IMG/VR virus record: IMGVR_UViG_3300045988_112872 | DNA: 29,926 nt | Source of the DNA: a virus | Direction: 5' to 3' (one strand) | Part shown: in pieces, positions 18,636 through 29,483 of the stretch | Numbering within the stretch: position 1 is the stretch's first letter | Layout: each line of letters opens with the position of its first letter | Program-made: the position numbers and the translations under genes | Notes under the pieces: generated by a model | What the model saw: only the letters and a program-made list of their open reading frames with translations | Databases searched by the model: none | Told to the model about the DNA's origin: nothing

Positions 18636-21600
18636 TTAAATAGTAATATTTTTAATAGTATCTGCATTTAAAGTAAGTTCTTCCTCATATTTAACAACAC
18701 TTGATAATTGTACTTCAAAATGGAATGGAACTCCTTTTTGAACATATAAATAGTATTCTCCAGTTGTTGCATCACAATATGTACTATCTACAAAGTTGTC
18801 ATTATCTACATAGATATAAGGTTGTACATCTAATACTTTACCATCAGCATCTGTTACTTTTCCAGAAAGCTTTACTGATTTAGATGGATCAGGAGTTTGA
18901 TAAAAATATACTTGTCCTAATCTTTCATAAACATCCGATTGAGCTACTAAACTTAGATAGAAGTTATCTTCAATATATTTAGGATTTTCATTATATTCAA
19001 TAGTCATAGTACTAATTCCAGGTAATCCTTCCATTGGTGAAATATTTGTAATCTTCAAATTATTATACCAACTAACTTTCCAAGGAACATTAGATTCTAT
19101 AGTTACAACTTTACTTCCAGCTTCATACCCTACAGTAACTTCTGGGTCACTTACTTCTATGTATTTACCTAAAGTAGATACTCCTCCTATATAATTATTG
19201 ATGTCTTGAACTCTTATAAATTCACATCTGGTAGTTGCATCAGAATTAACATCATAAGCATCTATTTTATTTAATACCCAATAACTATCTTCAAAATAGT
19301 AAAACTGTCTTAACATATCAAAATTTACTTGTAAATCATTTAATTTTACAAAACAAGTAACTTTCTTAGTATTAACATCAAATTGATCAGTATAGAACTC
19401 TTTCCAGAATTGAGAATAAATAACACTTTGTTCTGGATATGCAATTTTATCTATATAAATTTCTCTTGGTAATCCAAAATCCCAACTAGATATTACATAA
19501 TTACTTGATATATTATATCTTATGAATTGTGGTAAAGAAGTTCTTTTAATTGCAATCTTAGCACCAGCTTCATTAGTTTCTCTAGTAGTATATAAATAGC
19601 AAGGTTCAGAATCATTTAATACAGACATTTCTGTAACATCATCAGTAATCCAATACGTAATAGGATTGCCATCAATATCTTTCATCTCTACATTGCCGTT
19701 ATAAAATAGTAATGTCGATTTAATTTCTTCTAAACTTTGCTCATCATTATCTAATGAATAGAAACAAGTCTTTGCAAATATATCATTACCAGGAACATCC
19801 CACCACTCTGTAGTCTTAGATGAATCAATGAAATTTACTCCATAAAGATCCTGATCGTTTGTTTTTCTTTCAGTAGACGTAGAATGGAATAATTGATAAG
19901 TAATATTATCATTTAAGAAGCAAGGAACAGGTGAACTTGAACTATTAAAATAGTTTCTATAATACTTATCTACATCTCTTGCAGATATTACATTTTCATA
20001 TAAGTTATCTGAGTATAAATCTGTATTATCACTATTAAAATTATATCCTGTATCTAATCTCTGTTGCCCATAAGTTATATCATACTGTTTATTATATTTC
20101 TTTGCATAATACGTCTCAGGAGCTTCTTGTTTCATAGTATATCACTTCTTATCAAATAATAATGGATTAACTGAAAAATCTTTTGAATAATCAATTCGTT
20201 TAGACCAATCTGTTATCTTATTTTTAAAGAAGTTGTTTCTGGTAAATATTCTAATAGTTTTGGAATCTATATCTTTAATAAAATATAATCCAAACATTTT
20301 AGCATAGCTAAGTAAATAATCAGCAGGAGTAGATTCTGTCTTTAACAGCTTCTGCTTAGTAATAAGAGCATCGGATGTTACAGCTGATGGCCAACTTGCA
20401 ATTAATGTGTATTGATCTGAGTCATATAAAAATTCAGACCATCCTGCTACTCTTGATGCAGTAACATTATTTGGATTCATATTATCTGAAGTCCATAAAG
20501 CATCTTGATTATATAAGCTTTCTGTTCTTCTGGCAAATTGAATTGACACCCTTATCTTATTTACTTTTGGCATATCTTTAACCACAAATCTAAAGGTATT
20601 GCTTCCCGTATCACTTTTAAAATAGTACCTCTGCCCACTATCTTTAACAAAATGGCCATAAATAGCCTCAACAGGAGCATCAGTAAGAGGATAATAATTA
20701 AACCAAGTAGATGGTCCAGCTTGAACTTGAGTATTAATCTTATTTGTAAAATTATACAATGGAGAATATGCTATAGGTTTAGATGGAACAGATTCATCAT
20801 CGGCATTATATACAAGTATCTGAACAGTTAAAGATGTTCTATACGGATCATTATGATACTCAATATTTCCCATTTTTCCATTGCGTACATAGGATAAATA
20901 AAGATTATTTGCAGAGGAACTAGCATTAGCATTGAAGAACACCTGAAAATCCATTGAGATATTTACTAAAGTATTAGCAGGTGTTGCAGATAAATCAATA
21001 ATATTTCCTTCTCCAGGAACTATTACCTCGCTGCCATCAACAGAAGTATATCCTCAATTATATGAAGTTGTTGTTCCTCCAGGTTTTAATCCCACTCACC
21101 AGTTATCTTCTCCATATTTAATAAGCTTTGCATTCTCTTTAATAGAATCTGATTCTTCATCTTCACTACTTCCAAGTAATGGAAGAGCTACAAATGATTT
21201 ACTCCAATAAGGATTTGCATAATTAAAGAAGTAATCATCAAATATTACATCATATCCAGAATTCTCTTTTCTACAAATAGTTTCTATAAGCTTAGAAAGT
21301 TTTAACACTGGTCTTTGCATATAACTGCGTAAGTCTCTTATTTCCCATTCTGTATAAGCTCTATTTAATTGTGCTAAAGCATAACCATTATATGGAGTAT
21401 ATGTTGTTCCTCCATCGCTTGCAGATTTGGGAAATAGAGTGTCTCCTGCTGTATTTATTAAACAAGTTTCATTGTCAAAATTCTCATATAAACCATTATA
21501 TGCAGGAATAAATCCAACAAAGCTATCTAATGTAGTAAAGTCGCTATTCCAATAATTATTAAATGATTTATTTACAAAATCTTTATTAATATAAAAATCC

Positions 21601-22085
21601 ATTTCAGTATCAGCAGGTAAAACATTACCTTCCTCATCTGTAATAAAGTATTGTAAATCAGCAAGAGTTCTTAATGATCCATCTTCTTTATATTTAAGCC
21701 CATAGAAGAAATCTCCTAAGCCTCCATATAAAGTAATGTTATATGTAATGACCTTCTGTTTAATTTGTATGGTATTTAATTGCATATAACCAGATTCTAT
21801 TAAATCTCCATTATCATAGATTCCAAAATCAACTCGTTTTGAAGGATTGAAATTAATACCGCTAAACTGACCGTCTTCAATATGTTGTAATCTATCTAAT
21901 TTATAGATTTCTCCAAATATCTTATTATTATTTTTGGTACCAGGTATAGAAATCGTCTTACTAAACGAGTTCTTGACTATAGTGGGGTTTTGGAAATCCT
22001 CAACTGTATAAGTTATAGGAAGACTAATTCCCTCACTACAGTCAACCTCTTTATTTGCAATAAATAATTTAATATTCTTTCTCAT
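18636..22085 (-). CDS. large tail/baseplate protein (1149 aa) with a BACON-like or Ig-like C-terminal region
   Basis: Joins track ORFs 21096-22085, 20142-20954 and 18636-20135 (all one frame) through TGAs at 21096-21098, 21054-21056 and 20142-20144. The gaps were translated by hand and contain no TAA or TAG. Confidence 0.6.
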
Positions 22086-22086
22086 T

Positions 22087-24291
22087 TTATTTTCTATATT
22101 TATCTTGAGAACTTTGCACTTCTATAGTATAATAAAACATATTTTTACCCTGATTACTATACGTCTTATACTCACAACTATTATTAGTAATTATTACAGG
22201 AATAATCTTATTATCTTCCAGGTTATGTAAATATACCATAGTAGATTCTAATAGATGGTGCATCTTTGATGCTTGAGTATCTGTAAGATAATTAGTATAT
22301 AAAGTCCATTCTGGAACTATAGTGTTTAAATACTTATTTTTACTAAACTGAGAAGTGGTATTTAATACCTTTCTTACATAAGTCTGAGATTCAATTTGAT
22401 CCGTTTGTTTAACATTACCTTGTACTAATAAACTATCCCATCCTCCATAAGCATTAGTATAATATAATACATAATTCTTATTAGTAGTATCAATCTGATA
22501 ATTAATAGTTGTAGTAAAAGAGCCAGATTCAACAAATCCTATTTCATATTTACTCTTGCATTCCAAAAGTAAATTACCTAAAGGTTCTGCATAAGTATAA
22601 CCATTAATTCCTTGTCTTAATGTAATATCTACAGTAGTTGCTACTCCTTCAGGTGTAGTATAACGTCTATTAAGCACACCTTCACCAGTTGGGAATATCC
22701 AACTACATAATACATACTGTCTTGAATCAACTAAAGTGTCAATAGGATCACTTAAGAAATAAGGCTTAGTTAAATCTGTATCTTTATAAGACCAATCATT
22801 AAAGAATGTTACAGGCTTTTCACTACCGCTTGAAGTTATTAATGTAAAGGTTTTTAAATAGTTAGGTATAATTTCTGTCTTTCCAAAAGATGGAAATATA
22901 ATGCCGTTATCTAAAAAGTCTTCAGATACATCATTAAGTAAAAATTGTACTCCTGTAGTATCAGGATATTTATAAGCTTTACCAGCATAAATAGTATCTC
23001 CTGCATAATCAAGATGATATTCTATAAAATCATTTAAAGTTTCCTCTTCTCATATATAATCTTTCCATATTGGAGATATATCTACTTTAACCTCTTGTAC
23101 AATATTAAATGAAGTATTTATAACACTAGAACCATTTTTTACTACTGTAACTCCAACTGTTGCTTTTCTTGAAGCATTACCTGTATTTTCTGTAGCATCA
23201 AAATTAATACTTACAATATTCATACCTCCTGGAGTTCCTCTTTCTATTACTAACTCCATTTTACTTAACCAAGTCTGAGCATCTGCTGGAATTGCAAATA
23301 CTACATCATCTAAATTATCAGAACCTGTACCGTCTATCTTATATCTTCCTGCTGTATATCCAATACTAACACTGGACTTTAAAGATAAAGAAGTAGCTAA
23401 CTTAGTAATTGGAACTGTAGCATTTAATGTATATCCACCAGAGGTTATTGCAGTAACTAATGCAGCATAGTTTTTAATACTAGTTGTAGCATTATCAGGA
23501 AAAGTAATAACAAAGTATTTATTAACTTTATCAACCATAATATTTGAAGATCCTGGACAAGTTACAGATAATTCTGTTATCTCTTCCTCAGTACTTGTTA
23601 GAGTGCACATAAATCTATCAGTAACACCTGGGCCAGCTCCATAAGTTCCAGATGATGGATTAACTATTAACTTCAAATCTTCTGGAACTCCACTCTTTTC
23701 AATAGTAAAGCCATAACTATAAGAAATAAACTTATTAGTATCATAATAAGCTCCTAATTGAATAGTTCCAGTAAGATTAGTATTCCATTGAGTATTAGCA
23801 TTTACTGTAATCTTAAACTTAATAGAGCAGGAATCCCATTCTAATACCTCAACACTTACTAAAGCAGTAGCATTTACTACATCACAAGTTCATTTAATAA
23901 TATCTGCTCTACCTAATATATATTCAACAGTATAAGTACCTCCAGTATTGGGTACTGTTATACTGCTATTTGCAGGATAATATCCAGGAGCTTGACTATG
24001 AAGATAAACTGGCATAGTATCTTCTAATTGAGCAGTAGTCAGTCCTTTTGGGTATAATCTAAATATTGTAGAAGAGTCTGTTGTAATAGTTGAGGGATTT
24101 GTAAAGTTAATAGTACAACCACTTGTACTTGCATTAGAAATAGTAACATCTAATGGACCCTCTTCTGAATAGTCATCTCCTCATAGCCAATAATCATATA
24201 CTCCTGTAAGACCTCATCCTGGATTTTCCCATTTAACAGGATATGTTCCTGTACTTCTTGGTATTCCTAATTTACTTGGTATAAATGTCAT
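22087..24291 (-). CDS. virion protein with BACON-like domain (734 aa)
   Basis: ATG at 24291. TGAs at 24214-24216, 24181-24183, 23890-23892 and 23050-23052 join an untracked N-terminal 205 aa to track ORFs 23050-23676 and 22087-22677. The segment ADAQTWLSKMELVIERGTPGGMNIVSINFDATENTGNASRKATVGVTVV...FNIVQE looks like a BACON domain. Confidence 0.6.
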
Positions 24292-24293
24292 TT

Positions 24294-24773
24294 TTAAAAG
24301 TCTTTAAATACATTATTAACTTGCGTTTCTAAATCTTTTGTAATTGCATCATCTAACAATGCAACAGCCGAAAGCTCATCTAAAGATTCTTCTAATATAC
24401 GCTTTCCTTGTGTTCCTTGTAAATGAATCTTTCTTGCAACTAAGTATGCAAGTTGATCTGTAGATGGAAGTTTACCTCCATAAGGTCTTGGTAATACAGG
24501 TTTAGTTCTTATCCAATTCTTTATTTCCCTAATAGGTGGAAATTTACCTGGAGATCTACCTTCTTCCAAATACTTTCAGTAATCTTGAATTTGTAAGCTG
24601 ACTTCATAAGTTCCATCTTGATCCTCAACAATGTAGTTTAAAGTATTACCTAATGTACCTGTATCATCAGCATTATTCTGTAATAACTTCTGTCTATATA
24701 TTGAAATCAATTGACTTCCATATTGTCTTAGTACTCCTTCAAGATTAGGGAATTTTAAATCTTGACTTGTCAT
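24294..24773 (-). CDS. neck / tail-completion protein, HK97 gp10-like (159 aa)
   Basis: Joins track ORFs 24576-24773 and 24294-24569 through TGA 24576-24578 (LQIQDY-W-KYLEEGRSPGKFPP). It has a DTGTLGNTL motif followed by W.YlEeG, as in the gp10 family. Confidence 0.4.
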
Positions 24774-24820
24774 TTTTTATAAAATATATTGTTCTGAATA
24801 TTAGTAGCTATACAAAAAAG

Positions 24821-24843
24821 CAAGGGAGATTTTTACTCCCTTG
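24821..24843 (-). terminator. intrinsic terminator (leftward) ending the early/packaging module
   Basis: caagggag (24821-24828), loop, ctcccttg (24836-24843). On the leftward strand it is followed by cuuuuuug. It overlaps element E4 by 2 nt. Confidence 0.7.
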
Positions 24844-24891
24844 TAACTTTTTTATATTATCTTAGTACCAAATATGAGTAAAAAGGTTACA
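24842..24891 (-). repeat. conserved intergenic element E, copy 4 (inverted orientation)
   Basis: The reverse complement reads tgtaacctttttactcatatttggtactaagataatataaaaaagttaca. It has the same core ACTCA-N6-GTACTAAGA. The arms have changed together to TGTAAC/GTTACA. Confidence 0.75.
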
Positions 24892-24892
24892 G

Positions 24893-24988
24893 TTAGTGTC
24901 TCCTCTTTCACTCTTCTATTTGTCTTTTTTCTTCATTTCCTTTATCTATTAGATAACATATAATATTAAGAAACTCTTGAATATACAT
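24893..24988 (-). CDS. possible mini-ORF (31 aa) in the largest non-coding gap
   Basis: ATG at 24988: MYIQEFLNIICYLIDKGNEEKRQIEE-W-KRRH with one TGA. TAA at 24893-24895, one nt from E4. It is very short and may be non-coding. Confidence 0.2.
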
Positions 24989-25035
24989 ATCATAGACTTG
25001 ATGCCAATTTAATCTTGTAACTTCACTAACTCTGT

Positions 25036-25695
25036 CTATTCAACAAACCCAGTTCCATTTTGCACCAAACTCACTGTTTTCCGAGACTGAACGATCATCT
25101 TCCTTAATTGATACTTCTTCACTGGATCTTTCTCCTTCTTCAGCATCTTCTTCATCTCCCTTATTGAAGAGATTAGGGTACTGACCGTTAATGCGGCTAA
25201 TAGATTGCAAAAAAAAACCATAATGTCATTTATGACAGTAATTGGAATTTTATCATATAACTTATCTGCCAGTTCAATTAAATCATAGCCTTCATTATAT
25301 TTCTTACCTTTTGGAATTAAGAAGCATAAAAAGATATATTTAAAATTCTTTTGATAGTCTTTATAAAAGTTCTGAAAATCTATATATTGAGCAGCAGTCA
25401 TCTGCCTAATATTTAATTGTACAGTATATTTATCTCCAGCAATAGTATATTCAGTTTCTGGAGCCTTAGCTTTGTATTTATTGATTATAAATTGAACTTT
25501 ATTAAGTTCTACAGCTAGTTCATCTAACCCCATACTCAAAAGAGTATCTCTTGTTTTATCTGGATCATCTGAAAGTAATGCACATATCTCAATACTTCTA
25601 TCTAAATCAGTCATCTTTGCATTACTGTTTATAAACTCCATTAGAGCTTCATATTGTTTAAGACTTACGTCTTCCCATTTAGTTGCTATATTCAT
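25036..25695 (-). CDS. hypothetical protein (219 aa)
   Basis: Intact ORF whose ATG overlaps the TerL stop. TAG stop. I recognise no motif. Confidence 0.5.
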   Translation of the reverse strand: MNIATKWEDVSLKQYEALMEFINSNAKMTDLDRSIEICALLSDDPDKTRDTLLSMGLDELAVELNKVQFIINKYKAKAPETEYTIAGDKYTVQLNIRQMTAAQYIDFQNFYKDYQKNFKYIFLCFLIPKGKKYNEGYDLIELADKLYDKIPITVINDIMVFFCNLLAALTVSTLISSIREMKKMLKKEKDPVKKYQLRKMIVQSRKTVSLVQNGTGFVE

Positions 25696-26942
25696 TATTT
25701 AATTGCAATATTATAAGTTCCTTTATTTGTATTTAAAGCATCATAAGCTAACATTAAAGATATACAAGTATCATCATTAAATCCAGATGGAGCATTATAT
25801 GATACATTTCCAGTCTTTGGATTATAACTGGCTTCATATAGTCTTAATTCATTTAATAGTTTATCATCCTTTAAAATACCAATCTTTTCATTTTCTAATG
25901 CAGCTTGTAGCTTATTTACAATAGCTGCCTTAGACTTATTAGTAGTTAAAAACTTAACTATCCGTAATTTAGGATTCCTTTTTACAAGAATATCATAAAA
26001 CACTGAACCTATTGAGTTTTGTTCGACTTGAACTATCTTTATAAATCCCTGATACTCAGTAAATATATTTGTCAGTAAATCAACTTGTTCTGTTGGAGTT
26101 TTGTCGTTAAAATACTTTATAAAGACCATCTGCCCATTTTCATTTAAAGCTGTAATACAAGTATAGTCTTTACCAGAACCAGTAGCCCAGTCAACTCCAA
26201 TATAAAGATTATGATATTCAGGTTTTTTATCAATTATGCAGTTAGATATATTATTAAAGAGACAACCATCATCATCTGCAAACTCCCCAAGATATTCAGT
26301 TCTAAATTTATTTTTAGAGGTTGTAAGGCGATACATTTCAAGTTTATCCTCACTCAATAGCATAGAGGTATCTTCTAATGCTCAATCAAAGGATTGATAA
26401 TATTTGCTAAAATTGCCATCAAAGCCTTTTTTAAAGCATTCATAAAAGAATCCTTCTCTAAACCTTGGAGTACTAATTATAAGTATCGGAGCATTCCATA
26501 CATCAGTGGTAGGCTTAATAATTTCAAATACTTCATCTTTAAGATAAGCTGCCTCATCAAGTACTAATAATCCACTAACGGAGAATCCTCGTAATGAATC
26601 CATTTGTTCTCCAGATCTAAATAGTATAGAACTGCCATTATTAAACTCTAATTCTAATAAGGTTTCATTCTTTCTTCTTAATATATCAGAGTCTATAACA
26701 GCTTGTACAAGTTCTTTAAATACCTTTCTAGATTGTCCAAGAGTTGGTTCAACTATACAATTAACACTCCCAGGATAATTTATAGCGAATCTCAATAATT
26801 CATTTTCTGCCAAGAACGATTTACCTACCTGTCTCTTTGCTTTAATTGTAAAGATTTTACCAGACCTATATGAGTCATTCATAGCAGTATGTACCTTTAA
26901 TTGATAGATAAATGGGCTATATCCTTTATATATTTTTGTCAT
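25695..26942 (-). CDS. terL: terminase large subunit
   Basis: Joins track ORFs 26382-26978 and 25695-26363 through TGA 26382-26384 (YYQSFD-W-ALEDTS). Walker A KRQVGKS, Walker B LLVLDEA, coupling motif STP, nuclease domain IGVDWATGSGKDY...FNDD. The start is taken at Met 26942. The alternative Met at 26978 would give a longer overlap with the upstream gene. Confidence 0.85.
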
Positions 26943-27378
26943 TGTTAATTGGATCTCCAAATTTAAACTGGACTTCATTATTCTGAATAGCTACAATAGT
27001 CTCAGGTTGATTTAATCCAAACATACTATTTATAGTCTTAATAATCTCATTTGCAGCTCTAATATCTCCCTTACTAATAGCAGTATCCAGTAATGATTCC
27101 AATCTTGATAATTGTATATGTCTAAGATTTTTTATAAGGTTATCATTCTTTTCAGCAATTATCTTATAAGCTTCTCCAATATATCTTGCAGCCGTTGATT
27201 GGCTTACATTATATTTACTTTGAAGTTCTTCACTTACTTTATTTCTGGACCACCCTTTATTAAATAATCTTGCTGCATAAAGATATTTAGTTTTTTGTTC
27301 GTCTATTTGATCCTCTTTTACTTCTTCCTTTTTCGGTCTCCCTATTTTCTTCGGCAGTTCCTGATTCTTTACTTTCAT
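26926..27378 (-). CDS. DNA-binding HTH protein, probable terminase small subunit (150 aa)
   Basis: It lies immediately upstream of terL and overlaps it. It has a basic N-terminus (GRPKKEE) and an HTH-like segment WSRNKVSEELQSKYNVSQSTAARYIGEAY. Confidence 0.4.
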   Translation of the reverse strand: MKVKNQELPKKIGRPKKEEVKEDQIDEQKTKYLYAARLFNKGWSRNKVSEELQSKYNVSQSTAARYIGEAYKIIAEKNDNLIKNLRHIQLSRLESLLDTAISKGDIRAANEIIKTINSMFGLNQPETIVAIQNNEVQFKFGDPINNDKNI

Positions 27379-27622
27379 TTTCCTTTAGTTTTTCTTGATA
27401 TTCAAAATAGATTGGGGCAATCCTCTTTATAAGATTAAGTATACAAGTAGCACAAGCTACGCTCATTCTATATTCTTGTTCAATTAAATATTCATAAATC
27501 TCTTTAAGCTTAATTACATCCTGCTTTTGTACATTTCTGCAATAATTAGACTTAGTTGCAGTTACAAATCTATCTTCAAATCCTCTTAAATATTTAAACT
27601 GCTCTTCTGTTAATTGTTTCAT
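27287..27622 (-). CDS. hypothetical protein (111 aa)
   Basis: Track ORF 27287-27631 trimmed to the ATG at 27622 (MKQLTEEQFKYL...). Its last 92 nt overlap the next gene in another frame. Confidence 0.45.
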   Translation of the reverse strand: MKQLTEEQFKYLRGFEDRFVTATKSNYCRNVQKQDVIKLKEIYEYLIEQEYRMSVACATCILNLIKRIAPIYFEYQEKLKENESKESGTAEENRETEKGRSKRGSNRRTKN

Positions 27623-27711
27623 AATTAGCACTTTTTAGTATAAGTAAATATAGAAATTAACTTTCCATTCTTGTAGTGATAAATAACTTCTGTTTCCATA
27701 AAATATAATTT

Positions 27712-28041
27712 TTAATCAATAAGTTTGTATATAACATCTATCAGCTTAGTAGATGCATCTTTTAATAATATCATAATATCTTTAATAATTGGAGTCATAA
27801 ATGCTAATAGTGCAATATACCCAACCATTAAAATTGAAAATTGACTTGTAATAAGAATATATATTAATCCAATTCACCAAGTCATACATAAACTGCAATC
27901 TAAAGGTTTTAGTCTTCAATCTTCTTTATAAGGTATACCTTTAAATAGTCTTTTTCAAATACTGTGTTTAAAACTATCCAAAGCCCCAGATAAATCAATT
28001 ATAAAGACTATTATTACTGCTATTATAAATAATTCTAACAT
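27712..28041 (-). CDS. small membrane protein (109 aa, about 3 TM helices, CxxC motif)
   Basis: ATG at 28041. It has three TGAs (KHSI-W-KRLF, YKED-W-RLKPLDCSLC, MTW-W-IGLIY, the last adjacent to a TGG Trp). TAA at 27712-27714. It is absent from the standard-code track. Confidence 0.6.
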
Positions 28042-28280
28042 AATCTCTCTCTTATTTGTTTAATAAATCTTTGAATTGTAGTATGACTAATTCCTAATAT
28101 TCTTCCCACTTCTCTATAACTGTGATATTCAGCATATAATATGATTACTGTCTTATCTGCCTTATTAAGCTCAAGTCATTTTGGATATATACTTAATAGT
28201 CTATCATCCATATTTGTAAACATACTATAGTCTATTTCATACTCAGTAAGTAAATCGTCAATATTAATCTTCCGTTTCAT
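28035..28280 (-). CDS. sigma-70 family region-4 protein (HTH half of a split sigma factor; 81 aa)
   Basis: ATG at 28280: ...SIYPK-W-LELNKADKTVIILYAEYHSYREVGRILGISHTTIQRFIKQIRERLC. TAG at 28035-28037. It has the region 4.2-type HTH pattern and is absent from the track. Confidence 0.6.
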
Positions 28281-28572
28281 TTAATCAATCCTCCAATTCG
28301 TCATTTTGTTGTTCAAGTGGTTCTTTAACAATCTCATAATATTTCTTATAGGTATAGTAATATCTACTTGTTTTACTAAACCAATAATTCTTAAATAATC
28401 TTGTAATCCAAAATTTCAATTCATTTTTGCTATCAAGCTGATTTAATTTTGGATTTGAATACTCTAGTATTTCTACAAAAATCATTTGAACACAGTCATC
28501 ATCTGCACCAAATTTTTGCTTAAGTTCCATAATAAATGGATAGTACTTTTCTACAATTTCGTTATTACTCAT
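28264..28572 (-). CDS. sigma-70 family region-2-like protein (N-terminal half of a split sigma factor; 102 aa)
   Basis: Track ORF 28285-28572 read through TGA 28285-28287 to TAA at 28264-28266. DDCVQMIFVEILEY and FWITRLFKNYWFSKTSR resemble ECF-type regions 2.1-2.4. Confidence 0.45.
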
Positions 28573-29059
28573 ATGTTCACATATATCCTCCTGCTGTTTT
28601 TCGCTGCCCTTTAAGAACCTTTACAATATTTCTAGATTGTATATTTAGTTCTCTCTCAGCATCTATTGCTGAATCCCATCTTTTAATAACTATTCCATTT
28701 AGTAATTGCAGTATTGGTTTCTTATGACTATATCCAGCTCGCAGATTATGAGTTCCATAATTATTATTATAATTATAAGTACACCATTCTAAATTAATTA
28801 CATTATTATTTGATTTATTTTCATCCTTATGATTTATACAAGGATAGTTATTCGGATTAGATATAAAAGTTTCAGCTACTAATCTATGTATATAACACTT
28901 CTTTTTCAAATTTTTATTATATAATGTTACTGTAAAGTACCCATTAGTTTTTACTTGAGGTTTTAACCTCTTTGGAACTGATGCTCTTAAACTTCATATT
29001 GAGCCATCAGTTCCAATTTGGTAGTTTTCAAAATTAAGTATTCTTTTATAGGCTATCAT
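28565..29059 (-). CDS. HNH homing endonuclease (NUMOD4-like N-terminus, HNH, C-terminal HTH; 164 aa)
   Basis: ATG at 29059: MIAYKRILNFENYQIGTDGSI-W-SLRAS (TGA 28994-28996) ...NGYFTVTLYNKN...IHRLVAETFISNP...INHKDENKSNN. It reads through TGA 28577-28579 (AGGYM-W-TYE) to TAA at 28565-28567. Confidence 0.8.
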
Positions 29060-29483
29060 TTGCTATATAATTACTAAATTCTGTATTTACATCTATCTTA
29101 ATGGCTTTCTTTAAAGACAACTCTGTTTTTAATGAATAGCCATAAGTTCCTCCAAAATCTGTTGTAGAACAACCATATTTCATAGAATCCTTTATAAAGG
29201 CTTGTTTTATATCTTTAAATATATATACTCCATCATCAAATATTATTACTAATATAGAATTATTTCTTGATAGCATATCAAATTTATCCCTATTAATAAT
29301 AGTGGTTGGATATTTATTAGAATTGAATCTTCTTCTTTTAACTTCAATTATATAATCAATTCCATTCCAATTAAATGTTCCATCATACCTGGAATAATCG
29401 TCTTTACATCATTCTATATCTATATTAAATTTCTCTTTAAATAGATTCTTTGTAAAGACTAAACTTCTTATATCTGTTTTCAT
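29046..29483 (-). CDS. PD-(D/E)xK-like nuclease (145 aa)
   Basis: ATG at 29483 overlaps the upstream TAA. TGA at 29409-29411 (NIDIE-W-CKDDYSRYDG) joins it to track ORF 29046-29276. D...IDYIIEVKRR resembles the D-x(n)-E-x-K motif. Confidence 0.4.

Noticed and set aside
27625-27699. A 24-aa mini-ORF (METEVIYHYKNGKLISIFTYTKKC) lies between two leftward genes.
   Set aside because: It is too short to support from sequence alone, so I list it here only for completeness.
2527-29483. The fragmented ORFs could be pseudogenes, or the result of sequencing or assembly errors.
   Set aside because: All 38 interruptions are TGA and never TAA or TAG. The frame is always preserved across each break. The interrupted genes include TerL, MCP, portal and endolysin, and the TGA sites align with conserved Trp positions. 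Random decay or indel errors would not produce this pattern.
2527-29483. TGA could encode Gly (table 25) or selenocysteine, or could be low-level programmed readthrough.
   Set aside because: The sequence contexts (PWNKG, KYGWDNF, GGYMWTYE, SWIHLG, and KNW in paralogs that use TGG) point to Trp, not Gly. Thirty-eight sites without any recognisable SECIS-like structure exclude Sec. No gene uses TGA as its real stop.
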